Shown here piece by piece: positions 20,322 to 29,725 of a DNA stretch of 64,000 nucleotides. Every line of letters begins with the position of its first letter. The first letter of the stretch is position 1. The notes below the pieces were generated by a model. That model was given only the letters and a program-made list of their open reading frames with translations, ran no database searches and was not told where the DNA came from. The stretch lies in NCBI GenBank assembly GCA_014382365.1, contig JACNJW010000035.1, forward strand, positions 1,165 to 65,164, given 5' to 3'. A program made the translations under genes and the position numbers. The stretch comes from SAR324 cluster bacterium. GTDB lineage: Bacteria; SAR324; NAC60-12.

Positions 20322-22547
20322 ATGTTTGGCAAGAAAAAAAATGAAATTCTTGTTGATCACAGGCTGGCTTATTGCGTCTCTTTGACCACCAGAAGGCATG
20401 GAGTATATATAAATCGTGAGGAGGTAGAAAAAAAATTCCCTGAAGACGATCCTCCAAAAACCACTAGAGAATTAAATGCTTTTCTCGCAGAGAGAAAACT
20501 TGAAGCAAATCCAATAAATATTTCAACAGATGATTTCAAGGATAAAAATTTCGTATTTCCCTGTGCAGTTCCATTTACGAATGGTCAGTCAATCATAGCA
20601 TTAAGTGTACTGAAGAAAGACGATGATTTTTTTGTTAAGTTTCTTGACCCGTTAGACCCTCAAGCCAGGCAACAGGAAGTTGGAATAAATGAATTTGAGA
20701 AACTTTGGAAAAATATTGTTTTTTCAGTAAATGCACTAAGAGGTACTGAAAGTAAAGAAAGATCTTTTGATTTAGAATGGTTCCTTCCTGAATTATGGAA
20801 ATGCAGATATATGCTTCTTTGTGCTTTCATAATTTCTATTCTACTGAATATATTATCATTTACTCCTATAATTTTCATACAGATAGCCTTAGATAAAGTT
20901 GTAGGATATAAAGCTATTTCTACTTTATATGTACTGACAGCAGGAGTTGTTGTTGCACTAATATTTAATGCAATAATGGGTTTTATTCGCGATTACATTT
21001 TCAATTACATAGGAGATATACTTGAGTCCAGAATTGCAACTGATGTCTTTGACAAATTGCTGGGACTACCCTTAATAGAAGTTCAAGGAGAAAACATAAC
21101 TAAATTTGGGGGCTCAATGCAATCAATTACAGCCTTAAGGAATACTCTGGTCATGAGAGTGTTTAAGGTAGTTTTCGATTTGACTGCTGTACTCGTTTTT
21201 GTCCCAGTTATGTTTGCATATAATTTCCTGATGGGAATAATAGTGCTTGGATTTTCTCTGTTGATGGGTTTTAACAAAATCATTTTTAACAATATTGCAG
21301 GTAAATCTCCAGAAATACTAAACGAAGTGGAAAGTAGTAAAAACAGTCTGGTTCGCGAAACCCTGCATGGAATGACAATGCTCAAAGAGTTTGAAGAGGA
21401 AGAATCGGAGAGGAAAAATTGGCGAAAATCTGCTGCTGCTTCAATTATGTTAAGATCAAAGAAAAATCAGGTAAACAGCGCATCCACCGAGATTAACAGC
21501 TTTCTTCAACAAGCAATGACAATTGTAATTATCTTTACTGGAGTACAATTAGTTTTTGCTGAGCAGCTTTCTGCTGGTTCAATCATAGCGATTAATATGG
21601 TCGCTGGAAAATTAACCTCTCCTATTATTGCTGCAATCACATTATTTGGTGAAAGAACACAAATATTAAACCTTATCTCTCAAATAGGTGAGATTTGGAA
21701 TAAGGGAAAAGAACAATTGGGAGCAGGTGTTCACTCAGCCATAAGTGGAAAATATACTTTTGATAAAATTTCAATGAGTTTTGGAGATGTAAAAGCATTA
21801 AACAAAATATCTTTTGAGCTAACACCAAAATCCAAAGTTGGAGTAGTGGGTCCTACTGGAGCAGGCAAAAGCACATTGTTAAATATTCTTGCAGGAACAT
21901 TTCATCCTACAGAAGGTAGAATGGAAATAGATGGAGTAGGAATAAATCAATATGATTTATCATATTACCGTTCGCAGGTTATGCTGTTGGATAAGAAACC
22001 CATATTTTTTAAAGGTACAATAGAAGACAATATGTCCCGGGTGACACACAACATTGGTAAAAATGAACTTGCACACATTTTTGCTTTAACAGGATTTGAT
22101 GAACACCTACAAAAACTGCCTGAAGGTATTCATACAACAATTGATGAAACTGCCAGCCAATTGGCTGGTGGAGCTGCAAGCCTGCTTGCACTTTCAAGGG
22201 CTTTGCTTGCAAATCCAAAAGTCTTGCTTTTGGATGAGTTTGCAGATTCACTTGATATTGATACCAGAATTAAATTACAAGATAACTTTTCTACTATCGC
22301 CAGTGAAAGAACCGTGGTCGATGCTCAAAATGTAATAAGTCATGAATTAGATTCAATATCGAATTATGATAAAATTATTGTCTTAGATGGAGGTAAAGTA
22401 GTTGGACAAGGCAAGCATGAGCAGCTGCTTGTTAGTTGTGAAATTTATAGGCAAATGCTGGAAAAAGAAAAAAAATTGAGTGCAATTGGTGAATCGAAAA
22501 ATACAGAAACAAAAGAAAATCCTCCTGTGGATCAAGAAAATGCTTAG
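20322..22547 (+). CDS. T1SS ABC transporter, HlyB-like (C39-like domain, TMD, NBD)
   Basis: C39-like N-terminus (CVSLTTRRHG, FLDP, F..LW), F.L.WFLPEL linker, QIALDKV TMD, Walker A GPTGAGKST, Walker B LLLDE. Confidence 0.9.
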   Translation: MFGKKKNEILVDHRLAYCVSLTTRRHGVYINREEVEKKFPEDDPPKTTRELNAFLAERKLEANPINISTDDFKDKNFVFPCAVPFTNGQSIIALSVLKKDDDFFVKFLDPLDPQARQQEVGINEFEKLWKNIVFSVNALRGTESKERSFDLEWFLPELWKCRYMLLCAFIISILLNILSFTPIIFIQIALDKVVGYKAISTLYVLTAGVVVALIFNAIMGFIRDYIFNYIGDILESRIATDVFDKLLGLPLIEVQGENITKFGGSMQSITALRNTLVMRVFKVVFDLTAVLVFVPVMFAYNFLMGIIVLGFSLLMGFNKIIFNNIAGKSPEILNEVESSKNSLVRETLHGMTMLKEFEEEESERKNWRKSAAASIMLRSKKNQVNSASTEINSFLQQAMTIVIIFTGVQLVFAEQLSAGSIIAINMVAGKLTSPIIAAITLFGERTQILNLISQIGEIWNKGKEQLGAGVHSAISGKYTFDKISMSFGDVKALNKISFELTPKSKVGVVGPTGAGKSTLLNILAGTFHPTEGRMEIDGVGINQYDLSYYRSQVMLLDKKPIFFKGTIEDNMSRVTHNIGKNELAHIFALTGFDEHLQKLPEGIHTTIDETASQLAGGAASLLALSRALLANPKVLLLDEFADSLDIDTRIKLQDNFSTIASERTVVDAQNVISHELDSISNYDKIIVLDGGKVVGQGKHEQLLVSCEIYRQMLEKEKKLSAIGESKNTETKENPPVDQENA

Positions 22548-22564
22548 GTTTGGGAAATAACTAA

Positions 22565-24313
22565 ATGACTGTAGCAACAAACACATTGAAACCCCAATTA
22601 TTAGTGCTGAAAAAAGGGGAGTATGTCTTTGAAGAAGGAGATGAAGCAATATTTGCTTATGTTCTCACTGAAGGCACAATTGAGATTGTTGCAATTATCA
22701 AAGGAGAAGAACTGGTTCTGGGAAAAGTAGAAAAAGGGACTATTTTTGGAGAAATGGCAATAATTGATGGCTTCCCGAGAAGCGCATCAGCACGTGCTGC
22801 CACTGCTTGTAAAGTACAAGAAGTTGGTCATAAAGAATTTCTTAATTATATTTCTAAAAAACCGGATGCTGCATTCCAAATAATGGGTAGACTATCTGGT
22901 TTTGTCAGGTCTGCTGATAAAAAAGCAAGTGAAAGTTTTTTGCTTCGTAAAACAGGTGTAAGTGAGGAAGAAGAAGATGGAAATAATGATAAGACCGACA
23001 TCGTTGCTGTACATAATTTTGAAGACACAGAGTCGATTTATGCCAGACCTCCTGCTAAACCTGTCATCGTCACTGCAGTCAGTTTGATCCTATTCATGTT
23101 GGTCATGACCCTCTGGGCATCTTTTTCTTTTGTTGATAAAACAGTTTCTGCACGTGGTAAATTCACAAATACTGCACCTAATATTGAAATTCAATCTACT
23201 GGTAGTTCAATTATTGAGGAATTAAATTTAGAACGAGGTCAATTCATTACAAAAGGAGAAACAGTTGCAAAACTTGATGGCACTGTTGTAAATGCAAATC
23301 TCAAAATTACCAGAGACAAAATATATGCAGTAAAAAATAAAATTTTGCGCCTTGAACTTCAAAAAATATCAATCTTACAAAAATCCTTAAATGAGGAATC
23401 TCTGGTTGAACTGGACAGTATTAACAAAGAAATATTAAACAGACACTTTGATGAATTTATGATTACAATGAAAACATTTTCTTCTGATCTTTTACGGTTA
23501 GAAACAGAAATTGTTTCAATGTCTGCAGATAAAGATTTAATTCGTGACCAGCTGGATATAAAAATTAAAATTGAAGATGGAAAAAAGAAGTTGTTTGAGA
23601 AAAATGTTGGTTCATTAATGGACACATTGAGTTCTACTGATCAAAGAATTTCTGTGAACCGTCAATTATTGTCAACAACTGGAAGTATCAAAAAACTCAA
23701 ATCAGAAAAAACAGCACTTGATGACCAGAGATCCTCTTATTTGACTGGAGAATTAGCAGGAATCGCAGTAGAACTTTCTTCTTTTAATGATCAATTACTT
23801 CAATTAAATGAGGAGTTAATTAAAAATGAATTAGAGAGAAGCAATTTATTTATTAAATCTCCAGTTGAAGGTGTTGTCTTAAATTTGCCTACAATTACGA
23901 TTGGATCTCTCATAAATAAAGGAGAGCCTATAGTAACATTAGTAAGAGCCGGATTACCCCTTGTTTTAGAGATTGATGTAGATCCAAAAGATGCCAGTGA
24001 TTTGTATAATGGGAATCCTGTTTCAGTCAAAATTGATGCCCTGCCATTTCAACAGTTTGGAGACCTGGCAGGAACCCTGGTCTATATTTCAGATGATACT
24101 GTAGAAGAATCCCTTCAGGGAGAATCCGGTGCTTTTTATCGTGGAAGAGTTCATGTTAAAGATTCTGAAATTATGGGATTGCCTGAAGAATTCGATTTAA
24201 CACCAGGTATGCTGGCAACTGCAGATTTAAAAGTAGGCAAAAGAAGATTGATTACATATTTTACAAATCCAATTCTAAAATCACTTTCAAGTGCTATGCG
24301 TGAACCGGATTAA
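22565..24313 (+). CDS. HlyD-family T1SS membrane fusion protein with N-terminal cyclic-nucleotide-binding domain
   Basis: N-terminal KGEYVFEEGD...FGEMAIIDGFPRSASARA; one TM helix; VSARGK, coiled coil, IKSPVEG, KIDALPFQQFG.L.G....IS.D, LTPGM.ATADLKVGKR.LI.YF..PI.....AMRE. Confidence 0.92.
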   Translation: MTVATNTLKPQLLVLKKGEYVFEEGDEAIFAYVLTEGTIEIVAIIKGEELVLGKVEKGTIFGEMAIIDGFPRSASARAATACKVQEVGHKEFLNYISKKPDAAFQIMGRLSGFVRSADKKASESFLLRKTGVSEEEEDGNNDKTDIVAVHNFEDTESIYARPPAKPVIVTAVSLILFMLVMTLWASFSFVDKTVSARGKFTNTAPNIEIQSTGSSIIEELNLERGQFITKGETVAKLDGTVVNANLKITRDKIYAVKNKILRLELQKISILQKSLNEESLVELDSINKEILNRHFDEFMITMKTFSSDLLRLETEIVSMSADKDLIRDQLDIKIKIEDGKKKLFEKNVGSLMDTLSSTDQRISVNRQLLSTTGSIKKLKSEKTALDDQRSSYLTGELAGIAVELSSFNDQLLQLNEELIKNELERSNLFIKSPVEGVVLNLPTITIGSLINKGEPIVTLVRAGLPLVLEIDVDPKDASDLYNGNPVSVKIDALPFQQFGDLAGTLVYISDDTVEESLQGESGAFYRGRVHVKDSEIMGLPEEFDLTPGMLATADLKVGKRRLITYFTNPILKSLSSAMREPD

Positions 24314-24368
24314 TTAATTTTGCAGTTGATAAAACAGGCCACTGCAGTCCTCTTCAACACCTCGTTTG

Positions 24369-25742
24369 TCAAGTCAGCCAGACACTCCAATAAGAATAAG
24401 CAAAAACAATAATCAGAAAAATTCCTGCCAAATTAAAGAAAAATCCAAATTTTGCCATTGTTTGTACATTCACCACGCCACTGCTCATCGCAATTGCATT
24501 TGGCGGAGTAGCGATAGGAAGCATGAAAGCATAACTTGAACAAATTGTGGCAACCATCAAAAAAAGCCGAGTATCCAGCCCATTTCTTTCAGAAACTTCA
24601 TAGAGTACTGGCAAGAGCATTGAAATCAGTGCTGTGTTGCTTGTTATTTCTGTTGTAAATGTGACCAGTAAAGCAATGATCAGCAGCAGCAGCAAAGGAG
24701 GAAGAGTTGTTATGCTTGAAAGCTGTTCAGCCAGTACCTGTGACAGTCCTGTGTGTGAGAAGGAGTATGCAATGGAAAAACCTGCACCAAAGAGGAACAT
24801 TATTTCAAAGGGAATTTTTTTGGTATCTTCCCAAACCAGCAGGTTGAATGGAGGAACAAACATCAGCAAACCAAAACTGAGTAGAATTGCTTTTTCGTTA
24901 AGATTCAAACCGGGATAATAAGGTTCTAGTGGTGAATTGGCAAAGAGGAGCAGTACCAGTGCGCCAAGTGTGTACATCAGTTTTTTTTGATCAAAACTTA
25001 AAGCATCCAACGCTTTGACTGAATCCAGTTTTTTGCTTTCAAGTCCAAAGGAGAGAACGAAGGAAACAACAAAAAACATCAACAAGGCCAGTGGTGCCAC
25101 CATTAATACCCATTGAATGAAGGGTAATGTTTCGATGCCCTTATCTTCTAAAACACCATATAAAATCAGATTGGGCGGTGTTCCAATTGGAGTAGTAATA
25201 CCTCCAACACTAGCTCCATATGCAATTGCCAGAGCAAAGCGGATTTTTAGAGTAACATCAGTCGTCAAAAAGAAGGCCAGTGGCATCAGCAATAAAGTCG
25301 TTGTTGTATTTGATAGACAGGAGCTTAAAACACCGGAAGTGATCGAAAGCGCAAAGATCATTCCTCGGGGTGTTTCAGGAAATATCCGCAGCATTTTTGT
25401 GGCAATCACTTTATGCAAACCAGTCTTTTCAACTGCAATCGCCAGCATAAAACCTCCGAGAAACAAAAATATGATTGACTTAGAATAGTTTGGTACGATC
25501 TGGTTGACTTCTGCAATATCAAAAGCTGGAAAAAGAATAATCGGCAAGAGAGATGTAACTCCAAAAGGAATTGCTTCGTTACTCCAATAAATCACCATTG
25601 CGGCAATCAGACTGAGCAGCATTGCCTGAGTATGAATTAAGATCATACTGCTCAAAACATAGATCAGACCTCCAAATGCCAGTCCGCTCAAAATACCAAC
25701 CCAGGAGTGTTTATGCTTGATTCCTTTTGTTAAAATACTCAT
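24369..25742 (-). CDS. SLC13/DASS Na+/dicarboxylate (or sulfate) symporter
   Basis: IFLFLGGF.LAIAVEK.GLH, SNTTT, TPIGTPPN, TEITSNTA, AFMLPIATPPNAI. Confidence 0.93.
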   Translation of the reverse strand: MSILTKGIKHKHSWVGILSGLAFGGLIYVLSSMILIHTQAMLLSLIAAMVIYWSNEAIPFGVTSLLPIILFPAFDIAEVNQIVPNYSKSIIFLFLGGFMLAIAVEKTGLHKVIATKMLRIFPETPRGMIFALSITSGVLSSCLSNTTTTLLLMPLAFFLTTDVTLKIRFALAIAYGASVGGITTPIGTPPNLILYGVLEDKGIETLPFIQWVLMVAPLALLMFFVVSFVLSFGLESKKLDSVKALDALSFDQKKLMYTLGALVLLLFANSPLEPYYPGLNLNEKAILLSFGLLMFVPPFNLLVWEDTKKIPFEIMFLFGAGFSIAYSFSHTGLSQVLAEQLSSITTLPPLLLLLIIALLVTFTTEITSNTALISMLLPVLYEVSERNGLDTRLFLMVATICSSYAFMLPIATPPNAIAMSSGVVNVQTMAKFGFFFNLAGIFLIIVFAYSYWSVWLT

Positions 25743-25827
25743 TTTTGTCTTTAAGGAAAATAATTCTACCGCCTCATGCTGAGGCTGATTATTGTTGAAA
25801 CAAATCAGTAGTTATAATCAATTTTTG

Positions 25828-27075
25828 TCAATGAAGAATTTGACTCATATTTAACATCGGCAAGAGGACTGCGAGTGCAATAAACCCGACAACGCCGCCC
25901 AGGACCAATATCAAGGCAGGTTGCAAAAGAGAGGTCAGGGCTTCCAGCAAGGTATTTACTTCTTCCTGCATTCGGTCTCCCACTTTTTCCAGCAGTTCAT
26001 CTACTCTTGCAGCTTCTTCGCCAATTGACACTACATGCCGAACGTATTCAGGAAAATAATCAATTCGTGACATTGCAGCAGAAAGAGGAACTCCCTTATC
26101 GTTCACATCAATAATCAGTAAATCCAGTTTATTTATAAATACTTTGTTAACTACAACATGTTTTGATATTTCGAGAGTAGTTTTTAAATCAACTCCACTT
26201 TTTAATAACGTACTAAGTGTCTGACAGTAGCGGGCAACCATGATTTTTATCCGCAGATTTTTCAGTAACGGGAGTTTCAGTTCAAGTTGGTCGCGCAGTG
26301 TACGACCGCGTTTACTGCGCAAAAATGTTATTGTTCCGGAGGCAATTACAAAAAATGCCAGCAACAGCATAAACCAATGATTTACCACAAAATCACTGAC
26401 ATTCATTAAAACCCGTGTTGGCAACGGCAGTGCCGCTTCCTGTTTTTCAAAGATGCGGGTGATTTTTGGTACTATAGTTGTGACCATAAATATTACTACT
26501 GCCACTCCAAAAACCATCATGAAAGCGGGATAAATGAGAGCACCCTGGATCTTAGAGTGTAAACGCTCCTGTGCTTCATAATAGTCTGCAAGCCTTCTCA
26601 TTATTGAACCAAGGTTGCCGGCATTTTCTCCGGAACGAACCATACTTACATACATTGCAGGGAAAACTTCCGGATGCATTTCCATTGCTCCAGCCAGCGA
26701 TACACCTTCCATCACCCGTCCACGTACTTCTGATAGTATGCTCTGAAAACCGGAATCCTCAGTCTGTGGAATTATTAATTGAAAAGCCTTGTCATAAGGA
26801 ATGGTGGCATCCAACAATACTTCTAACTGACGGGTAAATTGAGTTAACACCTTACCTGAAACACCTTTATTAAAAGATATTTTGGGCCAGTTTAATTTGC
26901 TGCTTTTTACAGCTCCAGCATGTTTTTTTCTGGTAAACCGGCTGGTTCGAATTTCCTTGGGAAAAAGTTCTTTAGAGCGTAAATATTGTCGAACTTCAGA
27001 TTCAGAAGCAGCATCTTTGGTTCCCTTGTGCAAAGTACCCTCACCATCAAAGGCCTGATAATTATAGATCGGCAT
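25828..27075 (-). CDS. gspF: Type II secretion inner-membrane platform protein F (GspF/PilC family)
   Basis: MP.Y.Y.A, FTRQL..LL.A.IP, MVRSGE.AGNL, ALIYPA, GEE, LLQP.LILVLGGVV..I.LAVLLP. Confidence 0.88.
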   Translation of the reverse strand: MPIYNYQAFDGEGTLHKGTKDAASESEVRQYLRSKELFPKEIRTSRFTRKKHAGAVKSSKLNWPKISFNKGVSGKVLTQFTRQLEVLLDATIPYDKAFQLIIPQTEDSGFQSILSEVRGRVMEGVSLAGAMEMHPEVFPAMYVSMVRSGENAGNLGSIMRRLADYYEAQERLHSKIQGALIYPAFMMVFGVAVVIFMVTTIVPKITRIFEKQEAALPLPTRVLMNVSDFVVNHWFMLLLAFFVIASGTITFLRSKRGRTLRDQLELKLPLLKNLRIKIMVARYCQTLSTLLKSGVDLKTTLEISKHVVVNKVFINKLDLLIIDVNDKGVPLSAAMSRIDYFPEYVRHVVSIGEEAARVDELLEKVGDRMQEEVNTLLEALTSLLQPALILVLGGVVGFIALAVLLPMLNMSQILH

Positions 27076-27080
27076 TTTTG

Positions 27081-28358
27081 CTATTGCTTCAAATAAGTTT
27101 CCAGTGTTTCTTTTGACGCCTGTAGAGAGTTCATGTCGTTCGGTTCAACACGGACTTTTGAGGATTGTACTTTCCATTTCCATTGATTTTCTTGAGCATC
27201 ACTCATGATACCCTGCCGGCCTCGTCCGTCCGGCGCAAACTCTGCCTGAGCAAGCACATAACCTTGACCGGTACTTTTTTCACTTGCTTCCAATATTACA
27301 GATACATATTCATATTGTGGATTATCTGGTGCACCTGAAAGCTCACTGTTATGAATCTGCCTGGCTGCATTCATGGCCACACGGGCACGCTCCCTGGCGG
27401 TTCTTGCTTCCGGAGCAATAATACGAACCAACAAACGTGTCCGTGTTGAACTGCTCTGATCTTCGACCATCAAAACCTGATAGGGTGGAATAGGACTGTT
27501 ATTATTTGCAGTCCTGACTTTCTGTGCAGACAACTGACTCAACAGCAAAATCAGTAATGCCAGTAAAGAACCAATTGCTAAAAGAGACCAACGTTCCCAA
27601 CTATGTTTCATAAACGATAAAAACCTGGGCCAGCGAAGCATAAGCGGAGGAAAAAATGGGATGCTCCAGACAACAAGAAAAACTCCGGCAAGTGGTGAAA
27701 ATAAAGATATTCCCACTCCAAGAGAAATACTTAAAATTGAAAACAGCCAATCCATCACATAACCCTCAATATGTTTAACTTTTGGCTGTTCAGACTCTGC
27801 AGCTGAATCTCTAACCACAGTTCCACCACCATCAGCTAATGCTGGAGGTTCCGGAATACTTTCGGTAACAGGCGGCAGTTTCAAGGATTCTTCTTCAATA
27901 TCTTTGGCTGCCAGATATATTGAATTGCACCAGATATTTGCTGAATATAATGTTGACTCACAACTTGGATTTGGTACCGGTAAATTCTGTAATGCTGTGT
28001 GTAGTGGTAGAACCAAACTGTGCATTTTGCTGCAGGAAGAACAACAACTGGAACTATTTATTTTTACTTTTTGCTGCCCATTCTGCTGCAGGTCCAGCAA
28101 ACGTGATTGGTGTGATTTTTGTTGATATACAAAAGAATTTTCACCAAGTTTGTCCTTGAACAGGGCCATATTCCAGTACAGCATCTGCAAGGTTTGATAG
28201 TTGATGGCCTTTTTTGCCAAATCTTCAAAAAGAGAGAAAAACACCTCATTTTCATCAACTTCTTCCCCAGCAGATTTGCTGAGTAAATTCATTTTTTCGT
28301 CAAAATCTTTGGCAGTAACCCCAAATGCACGTAAATCTTCGGGAATGGAAACAGTCAT
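27081..28358 (-). CDS. Multidomain membrane protein: Cys-rich N-terminal domain, 3-4 TM helices, C-terminal DUF4875-like domain
   Basis: SCCSSC...LP.PNPSC...WC cluster; hydrophobic segment about aa 200-280; C-terminal A.A.FAPDGRG..G...W.W. Confidence 0.6.
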   Translation of the reverse strand: MTVSIPEDLRAFGVTAKDFDEKMNLLSKSAGEEVDENEVFFSLFEDLAKKAINYQTLQMLYWNMALFKDKLGENSFVYQQKSHQSRLLDLQQNGQQKVKINSSSCCSSCSKMHSLVLPLHTALQNLPVPNPSCESTLYSANIWCNSIYLAAKDIEEESLKLPPVTESIPEPPALADGGGTVVRDSAAESEQPKVKHIEGYVMDWLFSILSISLGVGISLFSPLAGVFLVVWSIPFFPPLMLRWPRFLSFMKHSWERWSLLAIGSLLALLILLLSQLSAQKVRTANNNSPIPPYQVLMVEDQSSSTRTRLLVRIIAPEARTARERARVAMNAARQIHNSELSGAPDNPQYEYVSVILEASEKSTGQGYVLAQAEFAPDGRGRQGIMSDAQENQWKWKVQSSKVRVEPNDMNSLQASKETLETYLKQ

Positions 28359-28393
28359 GACAAGGCAGGATAATGCAGGTTTACGCTAAACAG

Positions 28394-28422
28394 TTGACGC
28401 TGAGCAGTTCTGTCCGTAAACT
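28394..28422 (+). promoter_or_regulatory. Sigma70-type promoter of argJ
   Basis: TTGACG (28394-28399), 17 bp, TAAACT (28417-28422); AGGAG SD before ATG 28464. Confidence 0.5.
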
Positions 28423-28463
28423 AGAGACTGCCGCTTACTTTAATTATACACTAGGAGTTTAAT

Positions 28464-29654
28464 ATGGCAATGGACTATCCTCCATTGAAAAGAGTACCGG
28501 GGTTTTCTTGGCTTGGTATAAACCTGGGCATCAAGGATGAAACTTTAGATTTTGGAGTTATTGCCTCAGACTGCAAATGTTCTGCTGCAGGTGTATTCAC
28601 CAAAAACAATTTCCCTGGCGCACCTGTCATAGTGGGACGGGAAAATTTGCAAAACGCTCAGCTACAGGCCATTGTTGTCAACTCCAAAATTGCCAATGTT
28701 GCCACAGGAAATGTCGGAATTGAAGATGCAAAAAATATGTGTCGCTGGACCGGAGAAGCCTTAGGAATTGATCCGGAACTTGTTTTGCCTTCCTCAACCG
28801 GTGTGATCGGCCGCCGCTTACCTGTTGAACAGATCAGTATAGGCTGTAAGCTCATTCCTGAAAATCTAGGCTCATCTCCGGAATATATTGAAAAATTTGC
28901 CAGGGCAATAATGACCACAGACAAACAGCCGAAATGGATTTCTGATTCAATTGGAAAGGCTACTCTGCTTGGAGTTGCCAAGGGTGCCGGAATGATTGAA
29001 CCAAACATGGCAACCATGCTCAGTTATTTTGTGACAGATGCTCAGCTGAACCCTGAACAACTACAAAAAATTCTTCTACGAGTTGTTGACAAGTCCTTTA
29101 ACCGCGTTTCAATTGATTCTGACACCTCAACTAGTGATACTGTCATAATTCTGGCAAATGGACTGGCTGGCCCCGTTGATTCAGAAAATTTTGAAAATAT
29201 ATTCTCAAACTGTGCAATACACTTGAGCAAAGAAATTGCACGCGATGGAGAAGGCTCAACTAAGCTGATTGAGCTCAAAGTTACAGGTGCAGAATCTCAG
29301 CAAATGGCTTTACAGATTGCAAAATCAGTCATCAATTCACCGCTGGTCAAAACTGCAATCCATGGAGCCGATCCCAACTGGGGGCGTTTTGTAATGGCTG
29401 TCGGTAAGGTTTTAGATTATCCTGTCTGCCTTGATGATTTAACAATCCAGTTTGGCAAGGGCAGCCAAAGTCTGACTGTTAATTCTGCCAGCCTCGCTGC
29501 TGGTACTGTAAATTTAAACGCCATTTCTCAATTGCTGAACAATAAGGAAGTCTACCTGAAAATCGTGGTTGGTGACGGTGAATACTCAGAAACCGTCTGG
29601 GGTTGTGATCTGACTAAGGGCTATATTGAAGAGAACGCATTTTACACTACCTGA
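28464..29654 (+). CDS. argJ: Ornithine acetyltransferase / N-acetylglutamate synthase
   Basis: SSTGVIG, AIMTTD, KGAGMIEPNMATML, DSDTSTSD, RDGEG.TK, DPNWGR, WGCDL..GYI..NA.YTT. Confidence 0.96.
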   Translation: MAMDYPPLKRVPGFSWLGINLGIKDETLDFGVIASDCKCSAAGVFTKNNFPGAPVIVGRENLQNAQLQAIVVNSKIANVATGNVGIEDAKNMCRWTGEALGIDPELVLPSSTGVIGRRLPVEQISIGCKLIPENLGSSPEYIEKFARAIMTTDKQPKWISDSIGKATLLGVAKGAGMIEPNMATMLSYFVTDAQLNPEQLQKILLRVVDKSFNRVSIDSDTSTSDTVIILANGLAGPVDSENFENIFSNCAIHLSKEIARDGEGSTKLIELKVTGAESQQMALQIAKSVINSPLVKTAIHGADPNWGRFVMAVGKVLDYPVCLDDLTIQFGKGSQSLTVNSASLAAGTVNLNAISQLLNNKEVYLKIVVGDGEYSETVWGCDLTKGYIEENAFYTT

Positions 29655-29725
29655 ATAAGATTGCTGGCATGAGAGCTTAGTTCTCAGGAATAATCAAAAT
29701 ATCATCAAAATTAAAGTAAAATAAT

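Noticed and set aside
19153..22547. RiPP/bacteriocin cluster (multi-core Cys/Ser/Thr precursor with peptidase-containing transporter)
   Set aside because: The C39 catalytic Cys and His appear to be lost, there is no recognisable double-glycine leader, and no modifying enzymes (YcaO, LanM, radical SAM) are nearby; action in trans cannot be fully excluded
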